Source of the DNA: Macrostomum lignano
Taxonomy: Eukaryota
Reading direction: 5' to 3'
DNA length: 64,000 nucleotides
NCBI GenBank assembly: GCA_002269645.1
Contig: NIVC01000629.1
Location: forward strand, 186,001-250,000
The first letter of the stretch is position 1; every line of letters starts with the position of its first letter. Position numbers and translations under genes: made by a program. The notes under the pieces are model-generated. The model saw only the letters and a list, made by a program, of their open reading frames with translations, had not been told where the DNA came from and made no database searches. Below are positions 27,801 through 39,000 of the stretch, piece after piece.

Positions 27801-30800
27801 GCTGGGATTTGAGTGATCAGTTGAGATTTGAGTAATTCAGCTGGGATTTTAGTGATCAGTTGGGATTTGAGCAATTAGGTTGGGATTTGAGTAATTCAGT
27901 TGGGATTTGAGTAATTCAGTTGGGATTTGAGCAATTAAGTAGGGATTTGAGTAATTTAGTTGGGATTTGAGTAATTCAGTTGGGATTTGAGTAATTCAGC
28001 TGGGATTTGAGTAATTCAGATGGGATTCGAGCAGACAATACAATAAAGCATGTAGGTGCAAGCCTTTGAATGCCACGCCAAAGAATCTGCTGGAACAGTT
28101 ACTGGGCACAAATAGCGCTTTCTGCAGCACAATATTCCGCTAAATATTGAGCAGGAGAAAACGAGAACATTGTGCTAGATAACTCAGGCATCCCTATATA
28201 TTGCACCAGAAACGGGTCGCAAGCTTCCCGCAAAGCTAATAAGTACTACTATGAGTAGAATATTAGCTTCTGTATGATGTTGGTCCGCCGTACTAACAAA
28301 CAGGGCCATGACTGCGCCAGGCTGTCTAGTTATCGGACCGATGTTTCATTTTCTAATTTTAATAAACTAACTACTTTTAGTAAAGTAGAACGATTGCGTA
28401 AATTTTATTGGTAATTAAGGCAGTAAACCTATTTTGAGTCAGCTACAGTTGTGTAGGTCAACAAAGGACGTGAAGTTGAAGTTGTTTAAATACAACAAGG
28501 CAGAAGAGACAGCAGAAGACACAACGAAAATAAGAACAGCAACAACAACAGAATACGCATATAGTGTCTAACGAAGACACAGCAGCAGGGCAGAAAAGAC
28601 AGAAGACAGCAGAAGAGACCAGAAGAAGACAGCAGAGAACAGAAAAAGACAGCAGGAGACCAGAAGAAGACAGCAGAGACCAGAAAAAGACAGCAGGAGA
28701 CCAGAAAAAGACAGCAGGAGCCAGAAGAAGACAGCAGAAGAGACCAGAAGAAGACAGCAGAAGAGACCAGAAGAAGACAGAAGAAGAGACCAGAAGAAGA
28801 CAGCAGAGACCAGAAGAAGACAGCAGAGACCAGAAAAGACAGCAGAGACCAGAAAAAGACAGCAGAGACCAGAAGAAGACAGCAGAGACCAGAAAAAGAC
28901 AGCAGGAGACCAGAAGAAGACAGCAGAAGAGACCAGAAGAAGACAGAAGAAGAGACCAGAAGAAGACAGAAGAAGAGACCAGAAGAAGACAGAAGAAGAG
29001 ACCAGAAGACAGCAGAGACCAGAAAAAGACAGCAGGAGACCAGAAGAAGACAGCAGAAGAGACCAGAAGAAGACAGAAGAAGAGACCAGAAGAAGACAGA
29101 AGAAGAGACCAGAAGACAGCAGAGACCAGAAAAAGACAGCAGAGACCAGAAGAAGACAGCAGAGACCAGAAAAAGACAGCAGAGACCAGAAGAAGACAGC
29201 AGAGACCAGAAAAAGACAGCAGGAGACCAGAAAAAGACAGCAGAAGAGACCAGAAGAAGACAGCAGAAGAGACTAAAAGAAGACAGCAGAGACCAGAAAA
29301 AGACAGCAGAGACCAGAAGAAGACAGCAGAAGACACGAAAGCAGACACAGCAGCACACAGCAGAAGAGAGAAGAAGCCAGAACGGTCTCATCAGCAGCAG
29401 TCTCACCCAGCAGTTTGCACAGGCTGTGCCACTCCTGCTCGGACACGCCCAGAGTCCGGCCAGCCTCAACAATCCTCAGCCATTTGTCCCGGCCAGCCGC
29501 CTGATCCTCAGGCCGGTGCAGCGGAGTGAGGAACTGGTTGGGCTCAGGCGGATTGTTGAGCAGAAGCCGCTCCCGCTCCTGCTGGGACAGGCCGGACAGC
29601 ATATAGTAGAACACGTGGAAGGCGGGCTCGCCCTCGGGCCTACGCACGATGCGGGACCGCTCCAGCAGCAGCACGTGATAGGACAGGCCGGACACGCAGC
29701 CGGAGTAATCGAAGTCGATAGCGTAGAGCTGGGCGCAGCGGGACGCGTTGGTGTTCATGATGGTGCGGCTGGATACGAACGCTTCCGTTAGGGTGCTCAG
29801 CGCGCGGAGCCTGTCCACTGTCACTACCTGCGGATAGGGGGAATCAATTCATTAATTGGGATTTATTTATGAAGTTTAACAACTTAAAACCTAGAAGCCT
29901 TAAAAAAAACTTGAAGTCCACTCTAATCTAGCCCCTAACTTTATCATAATCTAGACGCTGAATTTTCTCATATTTCAGACCCCTGAGGCTAACTATACTC
30001 TAGACCCTGAAGATAAAATTGGCCATGAAGCTTACTAAACAAGGCCATGAAGCTTACTAAACAAGGCCATGAAACTTACTAAACAAGGCCATGAAACTTA
30101 CTAAACAAGGCCATGAAACTTACTAAACAAGGCCATGAAGCTTACTAAACAAGGCCATGAAGCTTACTAAACATGCCCATGAAGCTTACTAAACAAGATC
30201 ATGAAGCTTACTAAACATGCCCATGAAGCTTACTAAACAAGGCCATGAAGTTTACTAAACAAGACCATGAAGCTTACTAAACAAGGCTATGAAGTTTACT
30301 AAACAAGACCATGAAGCTTACTAAACATGCCCATGAAGCTTACTAAACAAGGCCATGAGGATTATTAAACAAGACCTTAAAGCTAACAAAACTCTAGGCC
30401 CCTGAAGTTTCTTTAAAAAGACCCTGAAGTTTTTTTAAAAAGACCCTGAAGTTTATTTAACAAGACTCTGAAGCTGATTAAACAAGACCCTGAAGCTAAG
30501 TAAACTCTAGGCCCTGAAGCTAAGTAAACTCTAGACCCTGAAGCTAAGTAAACTCTAGGCCCTGAAGCTAAGTAAACTCTAGGCCCTGAAGCTAAGTAAA
30601 CTCTAGGCCCTGAAGCTAAGTAAACTCTAGGCCCTGAAGCTAAGTAAACTCTAGGCCCTGAAGCTAAGTAAACTCTAGACCCTGAAGCTAAGTAAACTCT
30701 AGGCCCTGAAGCTAAGTAAACTCTAGACCCTGAAGCTAAGTAAACTCTAGGCCCTGAAGCTAAGTAAACTCTAGGCCCTGAAGCTAAGTAAACTCTAGAC

Positions 30801-33800
30801 CCTGAAGCTAAGTAAACTCTAGGCCCTGAAGCTAAGTAAACTCTAGACCCTGAAGCTAAGTAAACTCTAGGCCCTGAAGCTAAGTAAACTCTAGGCCCTG
30901 AAGCTAAGTAAACTCTAGACCCTGAAGCTAAGTAAACTCTAGGCCCTGAAGCTAAGTAAACTCTAGACCCTGAAGCTAAGTAAACTCTAGGCCCTGAAGC
31001 TAAGTAAACTCTAGGCCCTGAAGCTAAGTAAACTCTAGACCCTGAAGCTAAGTAAACTCTAGGCCCTGAAGCTAAGTAAACTCTAGACCCTGAAGCTAAG
31101 TAAACTCTAGGCCCTGAAGCTAAGTAAACTCTAGGCCCTGAAGCTAAGTAAACTCTAGACCCTGAAGCTAAGTAAACTCTAGGCCCTGAAGCTAAGTAAA
31201 CTCTAGACCCTGAAGCTAAGTAAACTCTAGGCCCTGAAGCTAAGTAAACTCTAGGCCCTGAAGCTAAGTAAACTCTAGACCCTGAAGCTAAGTAAACTCT
31301 AGGCCCTGAAGCTAAGTAAACTCTAGACCCTGAAGCTAAGTAAACTCTAGGCCCTGAAGCTAAGTAAACTCTAGGCCCTGAAGCTAAGTAAACTCTAGAC
31401 CCTGAAGCTAAGTAAACTCTAGGCCCTGAAGCTAAGTAAACTCTAGGCCCTGAAGCTAAGTAAACTCTAGGCCCTGAAGCTAAGTAAACTCTAGGCCCTG
31501 AAGCTAAGTAAACTCTAGGCCCTGAAGCTAAGTAAACTCTAGGCCCTGAAGCTAAGTAAAGTCTAGACGCTGAAGTCTATTAAACAAGGTCCTGAAGCTA
31601 AGTAAACTCTAGGCCCTGAAGTTTTTTAAACATGGCCCTAAGTTTTTAAACAAGACCCTGAAGCTAAATGAAAGCAGAACAGCGGTATCACCTTGCTAGG
31701 ACAGGAGCCAGCCTGCAGGAAATAGTGCAGCAGATGCCGGACACAGTAAGACTTGCCCGAGCCGCTCCGTCCAACTAGGCAGACGGCCTGGCTGCTCTGA
31801 TTGGTCAGCAGGCTTCTGTAAGCCATCTGCGCTGAAGCGTATATGTGCGGCGGCATCTCCTGCTGACGGCAGCCGCGAAACGTTTCCATAACTCGCTCGG
31901 TGTAGATTGACAGCGGGTACATGGGATTGAGCACTAGGAGGCCGGGGCCGCAATAGGTGTGAATTAGATTGCTAGAATACCGAGCCCGTAGCACGTGAAC
32001 CAGCGAGCACTCGTTCAGGTAGCGAAGTTGGATTAAATTTTCAACTCGATCGAGTTTAGCGCTGTTGGCCTGCTCAATATCGTCAGATTCTACAGTGATC
32101 AGTTTGCCATTGTGCTCTAGGCGGACTCGGACTTTGTAATCTTGAAGTTTTTCAACTACAGTGCAGCCTGTGTAGCCCTCTTTGTGCACCAGCCAGAAGC
32201 GGCAGCCGACGCCGGCTGTGGAGCCGGTGCCTGCGCCGGAGGCCTCCGTGACGTCGGTGTCCACCTCGTCGGATGTGTCCTGCGGCGTAGAAATATTTAC
32301 AAGTTGATGTAATAGTATTTGCTATCAAGGTAAACAGCAGGAGTAGCTATGTGCTTACTACACATGGCAAATGACTTGCTATCTAATTAGTCGTATTTTC
32401 AATGACTACAGAATCCCAACAATTTTAAGGTGCAAATCAACATACCCGACTTTGCAATAATGCTTTGACCATTCAATCAAAAGTTTGTTTCCTGTAAACT
32501 TGGTCGATTTAGCACTAAATACAAAAAAAACATTTTAGACTATTATTGAAACGGTGTTTGTTAACTTTCAAAATAATTTAACAATCAAACAAACAGTTGA
32601 ATGTAAGACTTCAAAATTCAACTTAGGGCTGTAAAGTGTCGGTTAATGGCAGCCCAGCACCAGTGGGGAGGGCAGATAGCAGCCCAGCAAAGGACCAGTA
32701 GGGAGGGCAGATAGCAGCCCAGCAAAGGACCAGTAGGGAAGGCAGATAGCAGCCCAGCAAAGGACCAGTGGGGAGGGGAGATAGCAGCCCAGCAAAGGAC
32801 CAGTAGGGAAGGCAGATAGCAGCCCAGCAAAGGACCAGTGGGGAGGGGAGATAGCAGCCCAGCAAAGGACCAGTAGGGAGGGCAGATAGCAGCCCAGCAA
32901 AGGACCAGTGGGGAGGGCAGATAGCAGCCCAGCAAAGGACCAGTAGGGAAGGCAGATAGCAGCCCAGCAAAGGACCAGTGGGGAGGGGAGATAGCAGCCC
33001 AGCAAAGGACCAGTAGGGAAGGCAGATAGCAGCCCAGCAAAGGACCAGTAGGGAGGGCAGATAGCAGCCCAGCAAAGGACCAGTAGGGAAGGCAGATAGC
33101 AGCCCAGCAAAGGACCAGTAGGGAAGGCAGATAGCAGCCCAGCAAAGGACCAGTGGGGAGGGCAGATAGCAGCCCAGCAAAGGACCAGTAGGGAGGGCAG
33201 AAAGCAGCCCAGCAAAGGACCAGTGGGGAGGGCAGATAGCAGCCAAGCAAAGGACCAGTAGGGAGGGCAGAAAGCAGCCCATATAACAAACAATCAACAA
33301 AGCTGACGCCAAACGCCACTATGCAACCTGTTGAGCATTCCGAACTCGAACAGCTGAGTTGATGTCAGCGCCGACCTTCATCTGCTGCCTGATGAGGCAC
33401 CTCTTGCACTGTGCGAAATTTAATTTTTTTAAAAGCACAAAAATCTGAGATTCTGACTTGAGTAGAAACTTCATTCTTAAAAAGAGTTTCTTTTAAGCAA
33501 AGATTTATCAAACAGTTGTGGGCCTGGGTTCCTGTGTCGCAGCGTGTGCCATGCCATATAACTTGAATTGTTGGCCTTCTGACAATGAATTCTAAAATAC
33601 AGTCAAAATTCACACCCGCATAAACAAAAACTGGAATTTTTATACTGAATAAAATTCGGACTAATTATAACTCGCACTGATAAACTGATCTTACGAGTTT
33701 TTGTTAAATAAGATTTTAGCTTAAAAAAGAGGAGCAAAATTTTATGTTACCTCTCATTATCCCTCCACTAAGACTTGGCACAGAAATGATCGGGCACTGA

Positions 33801-34794
33801 GGACTCAGCACTGAGCACTCAGGATTCAGCACTGAGGACTTCACACTGAGGACTCTGCATTGAGGACTCAGCACTGAGGACCCAGACACCCAGCACTGAG
33901 GACTCAGCACTGAGGACTCTGCACTCAGCACTGAGGACTCGGCACTCAGCACTCATGACTCGGCACTCAGCACTGAGGACTCGGCACTCAGCACTGAGGA
34001 CTCGGCACTCAGCACTCAGGACTCGGCACTCAGGACTCGGCACTCAGCACTCAGGACTCAGTACTCTGGACTCCACACCGGAATCTTTAAGACAATTATG
34101 GAATTCTGAGCTTGTGAAAGTGCAGAGCACTACTCACCACTTGTTGCTGCCTCGCCCGACTGCTCAACTCGGACAGCTCTGGAACCTGCTGAACAGTGAG
34201 GCAGATCTCGCCCTCGGACTGGCGAATAATGTCCACAATCTCTTCCTTGGACCGGCTGCGCGCGTCAATACCGTTAATGGTTACTAGGCGGTCGCCGGGC
34301 AGCAGGCCCAGGTTCGCTCGCTGCCCGGGTTCGGCCAGCATCACCGGCAGCTTCTCGCCCGAAGCCCGATCGTACAGGAAAGTCTTGCGCAACTGGAAGC
34401 CGAAATCGCCTTTGGCGGTGCGCGCCAGCGTTACTTTGCGCAGCTCCGGCGGTCGCAACGGGCTGGGATCGGCCAGCGGCAGGCGGACACTGAAGGATTT
34501 ATCCTCAACCAGCACGACGCCGTCTTGGCCGTCGTCGCAGAGATCATCGTCGGCGTCGTCGCGATCGCCGCCAGGAGCGCAAGGATTTCCGGCGGTGGTG
34601 CTGGTTGCCGTGGTCACCGACTCGCTGACTGTGGCGGCGCCCTGGTCCAGCAGGGGACTCGCCGAGCCGCCACCGGCACCGCGAAGGATGCCGCGCTTCG
34701 GCTGCTGGGTTGAAGTCTCTGACGGCGGATTGAATTCGCCTCGCATTCTGGGCAGAGTGCTGGGCCGGTAGGCTGCTGCATTCGGGTCAGACAT
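13569..34794 (-). CDS. MYO18A: Unconventional myosin class XVIII (MYO18A/Mhcl-like): PDZ, motor-like domain, IQ and long coiled coil; 12 exons, last exon(s) unresolved
   Basis: Exons 34794-34138, 32279-31692, 29827-29407, 26777-26323, 23786-23259, 22667-22275, 20269-19701, 19361-18986, 18082-17723, 17300-16881, 15219-14839 and 13912-13569 all have AG/GT ends and join in frame (5492 nt, about 1830 aa). Features include a PDZ domain (GDFGFQLRK...LLPGDRLVTING...EIVDIIRQS...QQVPELSELS), P-loop GRSGSGKS, class-18-type switch regions and a heptad tail. Confidence 0.93.
14325..14665. repeat. 19-20-bp minisatellite (TTAAGCTAGGAATTGGGAT)
   Basis: Tandem units in the intron 13913-14838. Confidence 0.92.
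14839..15219 (-). CDS. MYO18A: Myosin-18 coiled-coil exon
   Basis: TTGGCAG acceptor, GTGAGC donor; ...IRELESKLDLETTAKTRLTNQ. Confidence 0.88.
15240..16780. repeat. G-rich about 28-bp minisatellite (GGGGCTGGGAGCTGGGGATTAGGGAGGCT) filling the intron
   Basis: More than 50 units; an internal block near 15910 is duplicated near 16426; most units contain TTAGGG. Confidence 0.95.
16881..17300 (-). CDS. MYO18A: Myosin-18 coiled-coil exon
   Basis: ATCCCAG acceptor, GTGCGA donor; 420 nt. Confidence 0.88.
17318..17700. repeat. 21-bp minisatellite (CCAGTTTATCAACAAATCAGT)
   Basis: About 18 near-identical units fill the intron. Confidence 0.96.
17723..18082 (-). CDS. MYO18A: Myosin-18 coiled-coil exon
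   Basis: TTCCAG acceptor, GTGAGG donor; 360 nt with E/R/L/Q-rich heptads. Confidence 0.88.
18185..18962. repeat. 24/48-bp minisatellite followed by (CAAT)n and (TAAA)n microsatellites
   Basis: TCAACTCATCAA(A/G)CTATTAATCTA-type units, then tetranucleotide tracts at about 18830-18962. Confidence 0.93.
18986..19361 (-). CDS. MYO18A: Myosin-18 coiled-coil exon
   Basis: CGCGCAG acceptor (phase 2), GTGCAT donor (phase 0). Confidence 0.87.
19440..19640. repeat. 21-bp minisatellite (ATTCCCCTGCAATCCCCACTG)
   Basis: About 9 units. Confidence 0.9.
19701..20269 (-). CDS. MYO18A: Myosin-18 exon: converter end, IQ motif and start of coiled coil
   Basis: VFFRSGALAQL...FQAACRGHLARR...IIQRNC...RWPWWRLYSRVRPL; GTGGGT donor, phase 2. 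Confidence 0.9.
20350..20910. repeat. 48-bp minisatellite with palindromic core AATCCCA(A/T)TGGGATT
   Basis: About 11 units; translates as 16-aa repeats in the ORF track. Confidence 0.94.
21200..22030 (-). promoter_or_regulatory. Candidate internal promoter in a myosin-18 intron
   Basis: Non-repetitive CpG-retaining island with a perfect CRE palindrome TGACGTCA (about 21812) and a GGGCGG box, upstream (minus strand) of an ATG-containing, donor-terminated segment. Motif-level evidence only. Confidence 0.4.
22275..22667 (-). CDS. MYO18A: Myosin-18 exon: actin-binding, SH-helix and converter region
   Basis: IHFVYCLSP...LRLQLRAFHILNTVRSYKYSYP...YKIGNTQ; phase 0-0. Confidence 0.92.
22790..23225. 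repeat. CACTAAGAGA-based repeat with a 76-bp higher-order unit
   Basis: GTCCACTAAG recurs at 23031, 23107 and 23183. Confidence 0.9.
23259..23786 (-). CDS. MYO18A: Myosin-18 exon: lower 50K region
   Basis: GLLWLLDEES...FVLNHC...VLYNPLSWLK; phase 0-0. Confidence 0.9.
23822..24650. repeat. 21-22-bp minisatellite (GTGTCCATATAGAGACCTGGG)
   Basis: About 38 units starting about 35 nt from the acceptor. Confidence 0.95.
25655..26220. repeat. 18-bp minisatellite (GGGATTTGAACAGGGAAT)
   Basis: About 31 units. Confidence 0.95.
26323..26777 (-). CDS. MYO18A: Myosin-18 exon: switch II and relay region
   Basis: AIFHLG...VLDPPGFQQ...LCYNYAQERL; phase 1 to 0. Confidence 0.92.
26820..28030. repeat. 20-bp minisatellite (GGGATTTGAGTTACTCAGTT)
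   Basis: About 60 units; each contains TGAGT(T/A)ACTCA, an interrupted palindrome. Confidence 0.95.
28585..29345. repeat. Purine-rich modular repeat (GAAGACAGCAGAGACCA)
   Basis: Shuffled AGAAGA/CAGC/GACC modules. Confidence 0.93.
29407..29827 (-). CDS. MYO18A: Myosin-18 exon: switch I region
   Basis: EAFVSSRTIMNTNASRCAQ...FHVFYYML; phase 0 to 1. Confidence 0.92.
30020..31640. repeat. 22-bp then 24-bp minisatellites; the 24-bp array has an exact 120-bp higher-order period
   Basis: GGCCATGAAGCTTACTAAACAA (30020-30380), then G(A/G)CCCTGAAGCTAAGTAAACTCTA (30480-31640). Sequence lines repeat identically every 120 bp over about 30660-31440. Confidence 0.96.
31692..32279 (-). CDS. MYO18A: Myosin-18 exon: SH3-like region and P-loop
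   Basis: LIQLRYLNECSLVHVLRARY...EMPPHIYASAQ...LVGRSGSGKS; GCCGCAG acceptor and GTGATA donor. Confidence 0.93.
32650..33285. repeat. 35-bp minisatellite (GCAGCCCAGCAAAGGACCAGTAGGGAGGGCAGATA)
   Basis: About 18 units. Confidence 0.95.
33795..34075. repeat. GCACTGAGGACTC-based degenerate repeat
   Basis: 14-21-bp modules. Confidence 0.9.
34138..34794 (-). CDS. MYO18A: Myosin-18 exon: N-terminal extension with PDZ domain
   Basis: TGGCAG acceptor directly before ATG, GTGAGT donor; 657 nt. Confidence 0.9.
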
Positions 34795-35844
34795 CTGCCA
34801 GCAGCCAGAGTGCACAGTTTAGATGCTGGCAATTTATTAATAATTCATAAAATTTATCTTGTTATAATCCTATTGGAATTCCAGCACCAGTTAACGCCTA
34901 CATTGCTTGCATTGACACTGACCCTCAAAGGTCCAGTGAGCACCAGATAAAGGCAGGATGGGATCTCAATACCAAAAGATTTTGAATGCCGCATACATGT
35001 GTGATTGGAGTGATAGGAGCTAGAGGTCAGATAAAGGCAGTCCTAGCCATTCTACTTGTGTACAATACACTCTTATATCACAATCACACTCTTATAATCC
35101 TAAACCCTTTGATCCTAATAACATTTAAAATCCCAAGCTTCCAATATTTTTCAAATTAAAAAATTCATCTAATCTAACCTCTAGTACCAAATTACCTAAA
35201 ATAGTTTCAAATAGTTAATTATGAAAATAAAAATACATTTAAAACACTAAAATAAGCTTCTAAGTCTCAGAACTTAGAACTTCAGAACAAGGAATGTCAT
35301 GATGCTATACAAGGGAGATTTTAAAACCTCTAATTAAATCAGTAATGCATATGCTAGGAGTCTCTACAAGTCTATGAAGCTCTATAGACTTGAAGGCTTA
35401 ATAATATTACTATTAAGCTTAATGGTACTGAATATCTGTGATGCCTTATTCTTTGAAGCATCTTTCCTAGAAGTTATTGTGTTTAAAATTGCACAAAGGT
35501 GTTTAAATATATAATAATTTAAACATTAAGAATAATATAAAGTTTTTTATTTTAAATAGCAATAAGGAAGCCTATAAATATATGAGCTACTAGCAGGGAG
35601 AATTAACCTTGTTAACTTTTTTCCTGATTATCTAGCATGTTTTCTATGATATCATACCACTTTCCATTATCTAGTTCAATGAAAACTTACTAAATTGTAC
35701 TTTTAAAGTTTGGTATACATACTTAGACACTTGCATCATTTTTACTTTTAATATATTGTAGGTAGCTAAGATTTAAAACTATTTTGTGTACCTTAAAAGT
35801 TTCACTAAATATAATTTGTATTTTATTCATTCTATTAGTAATAT

Positions 35845-36099
35845 TTGATTATACCTACCCCAATTGGGCAGATATGCAACTGACAGATTAGCCATAGCTA
35901 TTGCATGGTATATCTGAAGGCTGAGTATGCCTATTCAGTACAAGGACTAGGGGGTTGCCACATATACCCTCAATTACCCTAGCTAATGCTGGCACCTATT
36001 TTACAACTGGGTGAGCTGAAGCAATGCAGAATAAAGTGTGAAGTTGTTCCAACCTTCAAGTTGTGAGTCCTACACTCTAACCACTTGGCTATAACCCCC
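35845..36099 (-). mobile_element. Old, internally deleted copy of the tRNA-derived SINE seen at 63325
   Basis: Reverse complement aligns by eye with 63325-63617 (tRNA-like head TAGCCAAGTGGTTAGAGTG, CAGTTGTAAAATAGGTGCCAGCATTAGCT, CAGCCTTCAGAT). Confidence 0.8.
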
Positions 36100-39000
36100 A
36101 GTGGTTAGACCTAAACCCAAAATATTCATTATATTTTTGCCTTGTTTGGTTTTAGGGCATCATGTTTGGTTGATGAGATTTTATACTATCCTGATTTTCA
36201 ATTAGGAACACTGATTTTTGACCTATACTTTAAAAATGGATGCAGTAGAATTTGAATTTTTATGCAATTTTTTTTATAATGTGACCAAATTATTAGACAA
36301 GTCCACCATATATTAGTGGTCTTGTCTTTTTTCATAAGATCATTCAAGGTCAGTGCCCTAATGAGCTAGTCTCTTTTACCACCCTTTGCCTCAAAAGCGA
36401 AATATTCTTACAAGCTACTAGTCAAATAATAAAGGGCCTACATATCATAAATTTACTCTAATAGTCCCATTTTGTTAACTAGCTTGCTAAGAATTCTTAT
36501 ATTGCCATTGCCAAGTATTCTAAGCCCTGGAACTTTTGTCAGCTTTTTTAGCAAATCTAGGCTTGAATTCTAAACTGCTTAAGACCCATGTCTCATAGAA
36601 GCCATATAATACATTTCATGGCCTCTTTCTTATTTCTATATCTGCCTTCATTCTTATTTTTATTTTGTCTTGCTTGGTTATTCTGCTCCTATTTTCATCT
36701 CTATTTATTCATACATTTCCTTCTATAGCCATGGGGACTTATAGTATATTGGTCTTTGAGATAATTATCATGGTAAGCTTTCAAAAATAAAAACAAAATA
36801 ATAGCTAGCATAATATGATGAATTAATAGGCTTGCCACCTATTTCTATATAATTCAGGTTTTAGGCCCTTTAAACTATCATTTACAATGAACTTCTATGT
36901 AACAACATGGACTATCATATGTACAACATGTTTTGTTCATGATTCTACAAATATAATTTTTGGAAATTTTTTGTTTCCTATATAATGTAGGCTCTGTGCT
37001 ATATATATATATGTATATTGTAGCAGGAAGTATAATCATTAAATGGCAGACAGGCTTGCCATAAGGTTTAGATAAATGTGAGAAGACAGTCTCATATATA
37101 GACTGAAAAGTTGCTAGAAATTTTGGGAAATATGGCACAAATATGAAACTTTACAATATTAAAATATTGGTAAAGGTTATATTAAGGTAAAAGACATCCA
37201 ATAGATTCAGAGATTCAGATTGCACCAATGCAAAAGAGGAAAGCTATCATAGCAAGTGGCAAACATTCATTGAAACAATCTATCCCAACATGTGGGATTT
37301 CATTGTGGTGCTCTACTCTACCAATCTTAAATTATACAAATCACATAAATATATAGGCCAAAGAGGTGCTTTTGTTTTTTTAGAATAAAATATGATAACA
37401 AAAAAGCATCTCTTCTGGTCTTGTCGTTTATATATCATATCATAAAACATTGCATTTTACCTCTAATCCTAGTAATGCCTAGATTGATAGAAAAACCTCA
37501 ATAGGAGAGAGTTAATGATAGAAATATAGTGCCATAGGACTACTTAGACCAACAGTATAAAATAAGCTCTTAGCACTGATAACAAAAATAACACTGATGT
37601 CCATTTTATTCCTAGCTTTAATGCATACATAGTATTAAATATGGATTCTAATTTATTTTGTGAGTTTTTTCACAATCTTAAGTTTTTTCATCCATTAATA
37701 ACTTTTTCTATTTATGGATATCAGCTTTTTGTACTTAAGTATTTATCTTTAGGTTAAGATATCTAATAATTTTTTAATGTTAGTAATTTAGTTTTATATG
37801 CTTTGAATTTTATTAATTTAATTCAATTCAGTGAAAAAGAAAAACAATCCAATGCTTTTTACAAAAAAATTGATTAATTATAGATTAGCTATAAATTAGT
37901 ATTAAAAGCATAATTAATACAAGCAAAGCAGCTTGCTTCTTTTTAGGCCTGCTCAAACTAGCAAGAGACTTGTACTGAGAAGTTGTCAGACTTTCTAAAG
38001 GTGCAATATGATGGCCAGATCTGCATTGTTCCCTATAATGGTGACTACAAAGATTTAGGCATGTTTATTTACACCACATTTGGGATTAATAACTCTTTAG
38101 ACATTGTACTATGTATAAATGGTTCTAAGATCCCAAAAATTTAGTTTGGGTATCTTGCAAGGCTACACTGGTATCATTCAAATAAAGTATATTGCACCTC
38201 AACAGAAGCGGACCAAGCCATAGCCAGGAACTTACTGTGTTCTTGAAGCAATTTTTTGTAAGTTTCTATAAGCAATGGATTCCCAGAAGCCTAATCTACT
38301 TTTTTTCAACAACTTGAACCAATAGTTTTATAACTGTGATCTTTGATGACATCATATAGTACTGCTACCCAGCTGCTCCATATTTAGATAAAATTGGGGC
38401 ATATTACCAAGATATTTTAGGCTTTAAGGACTGCAGTGAGGAAGTCTACTAATAAAAGAAACCTGTTGCAAAGTTTCACCACACTCATAAGAAAAGTTTG
38501 CATTTCAAAGAAATATTTCTACTTGTGTGTAAACTTTGTGAGCAATTTAATCCACTAAAATATGCATCAAGGTATCTGGAACAGTCAGAGTCTATACCTG
38601 CATCTAAGGAACAGCTTAGTGACAAGGATGCTGATGAGGATGATACTGGTTCTAAACACTGAGCTCTCTTTAAAATACTCTTTTTGAATCTATTGTACAT
38701 TGCAGACAATGAATTAGAGGTTATTGATTTTCTACTTATAGGGCTTTTTGCATACAAATGCATTAAACTAATATGCTGAGCTATTTAGTTCTTGCAATGG
38801 TTTGCTCTATGGATCCACTCTGACTGCTACTTTGAAAAAGTACCCATTGCTTCAGAATCCAGGCTTTGTTCTGCAAAAGGTTATTTAATGAGCACTTTAT
38901 ATGCTCAAGTATATAAAACCAACTATGTGGCCCTTGACTTAAATGATTTGGCACTGTTCAAAATTAATCTAACAATGCTAGCTAAAAATCTTCCTGGCCT

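Noticed and set aside
30480-31640. CRISPR-like arrays
   Set aside because: Units are head-to-tail with no unique spacers, no cas genes are present, and the context is eukaryotic introns.
799-33319. Long ORFs such as 799-2484, 7704-8585, 18200-18910, 23199-24713, 25520-26262, 28458-29529 and 32618-33319 as repetitive proteins
   Set aside because: They are translations of intronic tandem repeats, often open in several frames, and the flanking exons splice around them in frame.
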